Source: Botryllus schlosseri (taxonomy: Eukaryota). From it: a DNA stretch of 64,000 nucleotides. Under the pieces are notes generated by a model. The model had not been told where the DNA came from, searched no databases, and worked only from the letters and a program-made list of their open reading frames with translations. The stretch covers positions 31,312,001 to 31,376,000 of the forward strand of contig CM119372.1 of NCBI GenBank assembly GCA_051294905.1. The letters are read 5' to 3'. Numbering within the stretch: the first letter of the stretch is position 1; every line of letters begins with the position of its first letter. The position numbers and the translations under genes were made by a program. Positions 1-11,532 of the stretch are shown here, one piece after another.

Positions 1-3000
1 GCAGACTTGGCGTTTAAGAGAATACTGGTTGCTAGGACATGATGAGACAGCGTGGAAAGTGCAAAATCTACACTGTGTAAATGCAAAGTAAGTGTAAAGT
101 GTTAATCAGTGGTTCGTAACTGGTGTTCCTTGCAACACTATTAGTTCCCTGAGCCAGTCTGAGAGGCTCCCGTGAGGTCAATACACACGATCAACTCTCA
201 CATATAATTTGTGATATGATACGCCCATCTTGGTCATCATTTGTTGCAGACACTTATAATTTGGCCGGATCAGTGGTCGAATTGTCACGGTTGTTGGACC
301 GTGCCGTGTGCAGTGGCGCACGCATGGAGATCTGGGTTCTATTTCGGAAATCAGTCCTTCTGAAATGCCAATTTCATCTCCATCTTCATCTCCTCATTTG
401 TAATCAAGCAATTAGTGTCACCCCGCTACGTTTCGGACGAACAATACGATGACACTTTTCAAGGCGAGTAACCCTCGATTTTCTGAACTGGAATCTCAAA
501 GGGAACAGCAGAAAGCACATTGATTTGCTGTGGATATTCATTATAATGCTTTCGTTTTGTGTGAAAATTATATTTAAATGGTTTTGTTCTATTTACACGA
601 TGTTGAAGCACAGTTCATTTTGTGCTACAGTAATCTCATAGCGATGTGTTATCTGTGTAGTTGATGTGTGTCGTGGTAGGATTTTGTTACTACTCAGTAA
701 AAATGTTGCCCGGTAAAATTCAAGTGTTGCTTTTATCGAAGTAACAGCAGCTCATTTCGAAGATCAATAAAATTGTCATATCAGAGATTCGTCGTTTCTT
801 CGTTGTTTATGGCCTAATTAAGCTACCAATTGGAATTTCTCGCGTAGACATGCGGTTTGAGAACCCACACTATAGTCGGTTCACGAGAGGGTATAGCGCC
901 GCGGTTTCAGAATAACATTGTACAAATTTTTGGGTTCATGAAACATTGCGTGGTAAGGCAGTCTTACTCATTTCAAATCACATGCTTTCAGAAGCGCGAA
1001 AATGTCGACAGAAAATGCTTAATCAATATATGAGCCTGTATTGTGACAGAAGTTATCAAACATCATTTCGAATGTTTTCATAATGTTCCTGACGCTTTTC
1101 TTTGTTTGCCGTAGCTGTCTTCACCTAGGCATTTTTTGTCATTGTAGCCTGTTGTGGTGATGTATATATTAATTCTTTCGCTGTAAAGCACCCATAATAT
1201 AATCAACACAATGTAGCATTGATTCCTTCTCCCGGGCTGTTATTCACGAGTCTTGATTCTTGCGCTTGAGTGCAAACTTTAAATTCTATGGAAACGACGA
1301 GCGTTCGGGCGTTTCCGGGTTGCGTCTGTGAATGGTATTGTATCCAAGGGAGTTGGATTTATGAATGGTAGTCACATTGCAAAATTATGGGAAGCCTTTG
1401 GTCGGCATATATCAAGCGAGTGGCTTAATCCAGTGATTAAAACTTGAGGGTCGCACCCTAAAATGACGTCGTGCAAAAGTTTTGCAGGCGTCACGAAAAT
1501 TGTCACGATGATAGAATTTTTGAACAAACGAGATAAATATGTGGCATTTTTCATATTTCCATATAAATACAATCAATATTGTCACTGTATCACGTTAATG
1601 AGAAATAGTAAGAATGACTGATAAACAATGGAATTTGCGCGTGACGTCGCACCAACGCGTGTTGCAATAACTAGGGACCCATATGATCTCGAAACACCTG
1701 TTTCAAATATTCCCGTACTCGGACGTTTCCACCGCTCTACTAAAGCATCCCAAAATGTTCTCCGTAGGCGTGAAGCAATACCGGGAATACACCGTTCTAT
1801 CATAAATGCGAATACCATTAGATTCATTACTGTAAATTATGCGTAGCCAAAAAAACTATGGCGTGCGACACTTATTACCACGCTCTCTCCCTCCCTCCCT
1901 CTACCGTGCTCGAGTAGGCTATTTTCCACGCAAGTTAAATCTTGCCATAGAAACCAATGTTTAAGACAAATCTCACCATGACATCGAACCAACTTGTGTA
2001 ATACGAATTCGGTCTGCAGATTTACATTCTCGGCAATATTGTCGTATCCACTTTTTTGTGTATCTCGCTTATTGGTTATTGTAAACATGTACTTGGAATT
2101 GTGCTAACCAACCAATCACAAGATATCGCGCGAAGCGCAAAGAATATTAGTTATATTTCAAGAATTTCAGAAACTATTGCATTCATAATATAAGATCGCT
2201 CTGGCATTTAATACATTCGATAGTGTCACAGTGATTAACTGATCATCCTATAGATGTATTACATGCTCAGGATTTTTATTGTAGCCGGACATGAATCGGG
2301 CAAGTATTTCTATAACTGGATTGGATCCGGACTGAGACAGGATTCTCAATTTCTGGTGGATGAAAGTCACTTTCTGCTTGTTTAGTTGGATATTTTTTAA
2401 GAATTCGGAAGAGGCTGATAACTGAATCTCCATAAAATTCCTAATAAGATACTTCGACATAGGTCTGTAGTGGACATGGGCAATAGTTGATCTCGAGTAG
2501 GATTTTTTTAAACCAGATTTTCCAATTAAAGACGGACACACAAGGGCATAGCCAGAAAAAATATTTGGGAGGGGCGAAAAGTTCGATTAAGTAAATACCC
2601 CCTCCCCCCCCCCCCCTTCAATATATAAGGAAAAAATAGGTAATAATCGATGGTCTTGGGGCCCTTTATCAAATGATTAACACAACATATGGGACGATCA
2701 TTATACCTATGTTCCACTCACAGACATAAAGTGATGTGAAAATACGAAGATTATGCAACACTCAGATGTCAATACTTTCGCGCGAAGCGCAAAAATTTTT
2801 CACGGGTAATGAATGGAATTGGTTCAATATATTGTTACTTGCATATTGAAAATACGTTTTCCTTCCGGCAACCTTTTTGATATTCATGCACACTGCACAG
2901 CCGCATTTCGGTTACTTATGTAGCCTACGGCCGCATTCCGGGACATAATAGTCGCAATTAACTAATTGGACACCCATACCTACTGTCCATGTCCATTTCC

Positions 3001-4252
3001 GGTGAACTCCGAACTTATCTACTTTCTCATATCGTCTTACTATATAGTGGTCATGTAATGAATAGCTACTGGTAGTGGTTCTGGTCGCGTGAAGTTCGAA
3101 ATATTTTTCAAATTCACGAATGAATTACGTCATTAATAATAGTCGTTTTACATATAGGCTATTACTATCCCATATTCATCCTTTTCAACCCATTTGATCA
3201 AATTCACCGGTAGAATTGATGGAATGAGGGTTTTCGAAAATTTAGAGCAAGTTATAAATGATAATGCATATTCGGGAGGGCCAATTGCTATTAGTCACTT
3301 TGTTGCATGCTCTTCTTTCTTGTTCTCCCAGCAGGATTGTCGGTACAAATTTCTTTCTTGAGGAGCACAGGAATCCAAGTTGGCATTTCTCTATGGGATA
3401 CATCATTTTCCTCCGCTGTTCGCATCTGTACTCTGGGGCTCAGATTGTAAAGGGTGCTACTATAATCGAAAAATTAAGTTGCATTGAATCGCGCAGAGCG
3501 CAAAGTAAATCTCAATGAAATCTTTCAAAAATTCGGGAATCAATTCGTAAATTCGCTTTTCATGTCGACGGCCGCGAACACATGGTAATTGAACTAGCCT
3601 GCGTGTCCATATGGCGCACAAATTCCCTTCTACGGCCACAGGTTGTCCACCCCTGTATCAGGCGATCGCGTCACGGACGAGCCCAAAATCGCTTACATTA
3701 AGTGACAAACAATCAGTGTGGATTTCGGGCCTAGTAACGCGGAGCGTAAAAATGTTTTTTTTGTGTGTGTATAAATGAAAGAATTTGATCAATAATATTG
3801 TTGCGTGTATATGAGCAAGTGGTGTCCATTCTTATTAATTACTTCGTTGAAGCATGGTTATTTAGTAACCTCTGGTAAAGATTGATGATACTTTAAAGAT
3901 TGGGATCGCTGATACTTACCAGACCAAATTAAAAAACTCCTTGATCAGACTCGTGCAATTTCAAATTAGCACTTTTTAACGGGAGGTGGCAATACTTTCC
4001 TGTACCAGTCGCATTTATGTCGGCTGGGGTCTGATTGCAGGGACAGAATCCTTAGGCGCCAGCAATTTAAGCACCCAGAAATGTATATCGAAGGCTTCGG
4101 AATACATGCGTCGCTTTTATGACCGTCAAACATTTCGGGAGCGCAGTTTGCGGAGTCGCATGTGGCCTGATTTATATGTCTTCGTGTGTCCCGGAACATA
4201 AATTGCCGGAAGTAACAGTCCCCAACCCCATACTGAACTGACACCCCTAGAG

Positions 4253-5584
4253 TAGGGTTCCCATAAGTCCGTAATTTCCCGGACATGTCCGGAATTTCAC
4301 TGTTTGAACTAGCGTCCGGGAGGAATTCCTAAAATATGCCAAATGTTCGGAGAGAGATATGATATTCTTTTTCGCCTGCACCATCGAGATGCTTTGACGA
4401 CGGAGTTGCGATATGGCCCCATATGAGGTCATCTAGTTTGCGCCCCCGTTTTTTTCTCCTCCATGCTATCCGTGATTGCTGAGCGCCTAGCAGGATAGCT
4501 GCGGATCCCAATTTTCGAGTGTTTGGTATGACCCGGCCGGGGATCGAACCCACGACCTACCGCTCGAGAAGCCGGACGCATACCCATTACACTATCTCGC
4601 TCGGAATTTCGAAGGCTTTGATGTATGCTCGGATTTTTTTTGGTAAATCAACATAATAACATTATTTTGGGAGATATTTATGCTACATGATATTTTTCTT
4701 CGCGCTGCGCGCGATACTATCACATTTACTGATTTTATTATGGGGATTACCACCCTCGCAAAGTCCACAATAAAATATAAATAAAAATAACATTCATTTA
4801 CTGAAATAAGCCTAATTGTCATCGCAATTATAGAACGGTATATTCCTAGATGCTTTATTCAAAGATAGTGGTTCGAAACGTGTTGGTCGTTTGCCTTGAT
4901 TCTGGGGTTCGCGAAGATGTTGAGCGTAATTAGCTTTCAAAATAACCCGTGAGTAGTGAGTACGCCCGGGCAAAGGTGCTGATTTCTTTCAGTAATCAGC
5001 TCGTCAAATTATGATCTGGGTCATATGGCACATTTTCAAATTAGAGATGAAGTCGTGACCATGAAAGGTTGGAGACCACTAGATGTGGGGTGTTTATAAT
5101 GCTCAGTGGTGCGCACAGGAATAAGGCTGATAAACAATCTTTTCGGTGTGACATGAACATGACTGTATTTTCGAAGTCATCTTCCTCCACCAAATCAACC
5201 GCTAACTCTGACCAGGTGGGCGTGAGAGAGAGGATCAAACTATATAGTAATATGGGAAAGAACCAATGTTATAGACACAATTTATTCAAAAAATTTAACG
5301 AACAGATGCATATAGCAAGCCCCCCAGAAGTTGCATCGATTCCCCCATTGTGAGCCCAAAAATCATTGTTAGTTTTGGCGGGAAGGGGCTGAACAAATGC
5401 GGTTTCGGTCCCGTTCACACGGCACACAGCCACATACTCTTGAACCGGATCGTGACCATTTCAGGTCCATAAGCAGAGCTTTGCCAGTGTGACGTCATAT
5501 TGACAGATCATAACTCATTTCGAAATCCACTAGTGGGCGCTAAAGAGTGTCCGGAATTCGGATCACAGAAATATGGTAACCCTA
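4253..5584. mobile_element. hAT-type element with TAGGGTTNCCAT TIRs, nested in family A copy 1
   Basis: TSD CCCTAGAG at 4245-4252 and 5585-5592; empty site at ~32810 in copy 2; related copy 35491-36617. Confidence 0.85.
4352..4600 (-). mobile_element. tRNA-derived SINE
   Basis: Minus strand has an A-box (TAGTGTAATGG) and B-box (GGTTCGATCC) head; short TCGGA duplication at 4347 and 4601; body recurs at ~61421-61510 and a similar head at ~59270-59355. Confidence 0.7.
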
Positions 5585-6344
5585 CCCTAGAGTCAATCTA
5601 CCCAACGACCTCGGGCTAATCTATTGTATCTACTGCTGGTGCCATTGTATTCTCATAATTGAGAATAAGCTACATTCAATTATGGGTATTTGCGAAAGAA
5701 TTTTTTTTTGGAATACAGATGATGGAATCAAGACGTGTATGGACACTAAATCCCGCGAAGCGCGAAGAAAGATGTTAAGTTGCCTTCATCTGTCCCAAAT
5801 TACTGTAATATTTATTGAGTTTACGAAAATTCTCCAAATATTTGGGGGCCGCGATCGTCGCGTTCGCCCTTCCCTGGCTACGCCAATGCGGACACAGGAT
5901 CCACATTGCATACGGATTCCATTTTATCGAATAGGGCGGAATCCGGGTCTCGAAAAACCGTTATTTGTCTGTACATGTTTTGGAGCTGCACAAATCAGCA
6001 AGAACGTCGTAAGTGGGCGCCGATACTCCACGTTAGAGCTGAGTCAATCAAGCGAGTGATTGCCGAGTTCACAGTCTGCAAACAACCAGACTCAACTCGT
6101 CCTGGCGAAATTTCGGCGAAATCTCTGTGATCACGTGAAACACTATTACTGCGAACTCGGAATATTAACCCTCAACTGAGCGCAGGACAGTATTCCACTA
6201 TTCAATAATCGAAATGTTAGGTTATTCTAAACAAATATAATATCTCTAATACCTATACATCTTCTATTCACAGTGAGACCGGCTAACGAGAATCAACTTG
6301 ACACATTAGTGCCATTTTCCCTGTCGCAATATTCCGCCTTTCGG

Positions 6345-6935
6345 ATATGTGACCGCCATTCCAAATGGGCGACATATTACAAAGTATGCTCAATTCCAAG
6401 ATGAATTCAAGAATGTTTCGCTGATATATTTCACACAATCAACGTATTGCCGGAAAGGTCTTTCACAGTACTTTAAGAAAAATCTAAATTAGGAGTGATT
6501 ATCGGCCTTGTTTGTTTTAATACCACTAACAACCTCAGGCAAAATTGGGTATCGGACATATGCCCGCCATTCCAAATGTGCGACATATTCCAAAGTATGC
6601 CCAATTCAAAGCTGAATTCAAGGGTCTTTCGCCAATATATTTCACACAATCAACGTATTGCCGGAAACGTCATTCAAAGTACGTTAAGAAAAATCTAAAT
6701 TAGGAGTGATTATCGGCCTTGTTTGTTTTTAATACCACTAACAACCTCAGGCAAAATTGGGTATCGGACATATGCCCGCCATTCCAAATGTGTGACATAT
6801 TCCAAAGCATACAAATTCCAAGCTGAATTCAAGAGTGTTTCGCCGATATATTTCACACAATCAACGTATTGCCGGAAAGGTCTTTCACAGTACTTTAAGA
6901 AAAATCTAAATTAGGAGTGATTATCGGCCTTGTTT
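6345..6935 (+). repeat. 211-bp tandem units (2 full plus partial) in the extra left arm
   Basis: Unit marker AGGAGTGATTATCGGCC at 6491, 6702, 6913. Confidence 0.9.
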
Positions 6936-7209
6936 GTCCTGGCGAAATTTCGGCCTTGTTCGTCCTGGCGAAATTTCGGCGAAATCTCTGTGATCACGTG
7001 AAACACTATTACTGCGAACTCGGAATATTAACCCTCAACTCGCCGCTGGGCAATATTCCACTATTCAATAATCGAAATGTTAGGTTATTCTAAACAAATA
7101 TAATATCTCTAATACCTGTACATCTTCTATTCACAGTAAGACCGGCTAACGAGAATCAACTTGACACATTAGTGCCATTTTCCCTGTCGCAATATTCCGC
7201 CTTTCGGAT

Positions 7210-9500
7210 ATGTGACCGCCATTTCAAATGGGCGACAGATTCCAAAGTATGCTCAATTCCAAGATGAATTCAAGAATGTTTCGCCAATATATTTCACACA
7301 ATCAACGTATTATCGGAAAGGTCTTCCACAGTACTTTAAGAAAAATCGACATTCAGAGTGATTATCGGCCTTGTTTGTTTTCAATACGACTACCAACCTT
7401 AGATAATATTGCGCTATCAGACATATACCCGCCATTCCAAATGTGCGACATATTCCAATGTATGCCCAATTCGAAGCTGAATTCAAGGGTCTTTCGCCAA
7501 TATATTTCACACAATCAACGTATTGCCGGAAAGGTCTTTCAAAGTACGTTAAGAAAAATCTAAATTAGGAGTGATTATCGGCCTTGTTTGTTTTTAATAC
7601 CACTAACAACCTCAGGCAAAATTGGGTATCGGACATATGCCCGCCATTCCAAATGTGCGACATATTCCAAAGTATGCCCAATTCAAAGCTGAATTCAAGA
7701 GTGTTTCGCCGATATATTTCACACAATCAACGTATTGTCGGGAAGGTCTTTCAAAGTACGTTAAGAAAAATCTAAATTCAGAGTGATTATCGGCCTTGTT
7801 TGTTTTTAATACCACTACCAACCTCAGGTAAAATTGCGTATCGGACATATGCCCGCCATTCCAAATGTGCGACATATTCCAAAGTATGCCCAATTCAAAG
7901 CTGAATTCAAGGGTCTTTCGCCAATATATTTCATACAATCAGCGTATTATCGGAAAGGTCTTTCACAGTATTTTAAGAAAAATCTAAATTAGGAGTGATT
8001 ATCGGCCTTGTTTGTTTTTAATACCACTAACAACCTCAGGCAAAATTGGGTATCGGACATATGCCCGCCATTCCAAATGTGCGACATATTCCAAAGTATG
8101 CCCAATTCAAAGCTGAATTCAAGGGTCTTTCGCCAATATATTTCATACAATCAGCGTATTATCGGAAAGGTCTTTCACAGTATTTTAAGAAAAATCTAAA
8201 TTAGGAGTGATTATCGGCCTTGTTTGTTTTTAATACCACTAACAACCTCAGGCAAAATTGGGTATCGGACATATGCCCGCCATTCCAAATGTGCGACATA
8301 TTCCAAAGTATGCCCAATTCAAAGCTGAATTCAAGAGTGTTTCGCCAATATATTTCACACAATCAACGTATTGTCGGGAAGGTCTTTCAAAGTACGTTAA
8401 GAAAAATCTAAATTCAGAGTGATTATCGGCCTTGTTTGTTTTTAATACCACTAACAACCTCAGGCAAAATTGGGTATCGGACATATGCCCGCCATTCCAA
8501 ATGTGCGACATATTCCAAAGTATGCCCAATTCAAAGCTGAATTCAAGAGTGTTTCGCCAATATATTTCACACAATCAACGTATTGTCGGGAAGGTCTTTC
8601 AAAGTACGTTAAGAAAAATCTAAATTCAGAGTGATTATCGGCCTTGTTTGTTTTTAATACCACTACCAACCTCAGGTAAAATTGCGTATCGGACATATGC
8701 CCGCCATTCCAAATGTGCGACATATTCCAAAGTATGCCCAATTCGAAGCTGAATTCATGGGTCTTTCGCCAATATATTTCATACAATCAGCGTATTATCG
8801 GAAAGGTCTTTCACAGTATTTTAAGTAAAATCTAAATTAGGAGTGATTATCGGCCTTGTTTGTTTTTAATACCACTTACAACCTCAGGCAAAATTGGGTA
8901 TCGGACATATGCCCGCCATTCCAAATGTGCGACATATTCCAAAGTATGCCCAATTCAAAGCTGAATTCAAGGGTCTTTCGCCAATATATTTCATGCAATC
9001 AGCGTATTATCGGAAAGGTCTTTCACAGTATTTTAAGAAAAATCTAAATTAGGAGTGATTATCGGCCTTGTTTGTTTTTAATACCACTAACAACCTCAGG
9101 CAAAATTGGGTATCGGACATATGCCCGCCATTCCAAATGTGCGACATATTCCAAAGTATGTCCAATTCAAAGCTGAATTCAAGAGTGTTTCGCCAATATA
9201 TTCCACACAATCAACGTATTGTCGGGAAGGTCTTTCAAAGTACGTTAAGAAAAATCTAAATTCAGAGTGATTATCGGCCTTGTTTGTTTTTAATACCACT
9301 ACCAACCTCAGGTAAAATTGCGTATCGGACATATGCCCGCCATTCCAAATGTGCGACAGATTCCAAAGCATACAAATTCCAAGCTGAATTCAAGAGTGTT
9401 TCGCCGATATATTTCACACAATCAAGGTATTATCGGAAAGGTCTTTCAAAGTACTTTATGAAAAATCTAAATTCAGAGATGATTATCGCCCTTGTTTGTT
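7210..9500 (+). repeat. Tandem array, ~10 full units, mostly 212 bp (left arm)
   Basis: Unit markers at 7354, 7567, 7779, 7991, 8203, 8415, 8627, 8839, 9051, 9263, 9474. Confidence 0.95.
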
Positions 9501-10562
9501 CTGTACAGTGGTTTTATGCAGTGCATGTTGCAGGTTTGTTGATGATCCATTTATTAAGTGGAATTGTAGTCGTCGTGCTGTATTATACGCTAAGATCTTA
9601 TGTAAGTGAATTAATCCCCGCTGACATCATGAGACTTCGCTTGATGTATGAACTGAGCATGAACACTAAACTGTTTCGCTATAATACTCTGTTTTGTGAG
9701 TTGAGCCGACATTTGCAAGTGTAAAAACTGATCGCAAGACGTGGACACCACAGAACGGTAGCTTTCATAATTCCGTGGTCAACGATACGCCCCTGCCTAA
9801 TGTTGAATACTTCAAATACTGATACGCAGTCTAAACATTGTTTGGTCAATCCTATTACTCAGCTATTCGGTATGTCGCGAAGGACCGACCGAACTAACAA
9901 CAACGTTTTCAATTCTACGATACTTAGACCACTATTTCGAAACACGGATACAACTTCAACAACTTGTTTATCTTCCAACAAAAATCCAAGTAACCCCAAT
10001 ATATGTTGAAATATATTAAATACTTGCACAATACATCTTTGTAGAATGTTAGCAACTCACTGCCGTTACGTGATAGCTTAGATACAAAAAATCAATACAT
10101 GGCAAACCAATATTGTTATTATTATTATAGATAGTAAAAAATGAAGTAGCGCTTATCGCCGTTAACGATCTGGTGCACCTCGTGAGTAAACGTTAAATCA
10201 GTAGAAATACATATCAAAAGTTCACATTAATCACAGCAATATATGATGCGCGTATTTACAACATGATAAAAGAAAATAGTCGATTGTGTCAGGTAGAAAA
10301 CGGAAGTCAAATGTAGGAGAATCAATACACCCAATTTTAAACAGATGCACTGTTGGTAGTTAATGACCTGGAAAAAGGCAAACAAAATATTATCATGTCG
10401 ACGCGATATTCCAAATGACGATATTCGGTCGAAAACGGACGGACGCAATAATTCATCCGCAATTTCATTTCCGGGAATGCCGCTGTGCCGCTGACGGCTA
10501 CGTCGATGCCCGAATGATCCGTTCAAGATAAGGATACATTTCATGAAGCCAATATTGTAATA

Positions 10563-11532
10563 TTACCACTGCCGATTGAGTTCTTCGGTCAATCGATTCA
10601 TATTTTCCAGAACTTGTTCATATGTTCTCTTCTCGATAATCGATAGATACATCAAAGCAACTTCAGGAAAAACAACCCATTTGAAATATTTACTGCAATT
10701 GTAGGTTGGCCCCAATTGCGTTACGAGCTCACTTTCTTTATGCACGAAAGCATTGTTCAGAACTGGTCGCAAAAAGTGTCGGGTGGATTTGTATTCGTCA
10801 CCTGTGGTCAAACTTCTTATCCATCTTTCATGCGTGATACAAGTCTTACTTCTGATATAATTTAATATCACTTCAAGTTCGTCGTTCCAATGTTCTCTTC
10901 CAGAATCCGTCGTTACAGGTAAGATCATTTTTTGTAATTGGCTGTATTTTCTTTCGAGAAATGAAGCATGATACTGATACCGAACTTCACTCTTCGCCTC
11001 CTGTAATGTCAGATTAGCAATTTTTACAACATTTTGGCATGTCGCATCGCCCATTTCCTTGACTTCATCATTGACATCCGCAATAATCGATGGCAGTGCT
11101 TTCATAAAATATTCGGTCTGGGGTGACGATTGCAGAGGCCTTCGTTTTGGATGTTTTTTAACATAAAGAAAGATGTATCCCGATCTAGACATGACATCGA
11201 AGGCTTTTTTCGAATCCACAAATCTCACATGTTCGTCGTCGCATAGCTGCACCGATCTCTTTGGGCTCATTAAATATGCAGTATAATGCCCGTTTTGGGA
11301 GGTTCCGCTGTGTGCGATCACCGCCTTGAGGGCATATCCAATCAGGATTTGGTTAGATCCTTTGATGTCCAGATTTCTACTGGGAATGACGACATTTTCC
11401 AACTTTTCAGCTTCGTCGTTCAAACGGTTAAGGCGCACGGTCACTATCCTTGGAGTCTCATTGAATTTGACATTAATATCCATCATGGAACCACATTTTC
11501 CACATGTTCGTTTCAAAATTTCAAATGCATCA
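10563..11532 (-). pseudogene. 5'-truncated ubiquitin-specific protease (peptidase C19) ORF: His-box half plus ~200-aa tail
   Basis: CGKC, PRIVTVRLNR, YALKAVIAHSGTSQNGHYTAY, CDDEHV and GYIFLYVK motifs; no Cys box; frame open to the repeat junction (upstream stop at 11544-11546). Confidence 0.8.

Larger units (their letters stand above)
2541..5888 (+). mobile_element. Non-autonomous hAT-type DNA element (family A, copy 1) with nested insertions
   Basis: Ends CAAGGGCATAGCCAG / CTGGCTACGCCAATG; 8-bp TSD CGGACACA at 2533-2540 and 5889-5896; colinear with 30637-33100. Confidence 0.85.

Noticed and set aside
107..2200. Degenerate CAGTG-type element starts at ~107 and ~1410
   Set aside because: Matching right ends and TSDs could not be established.
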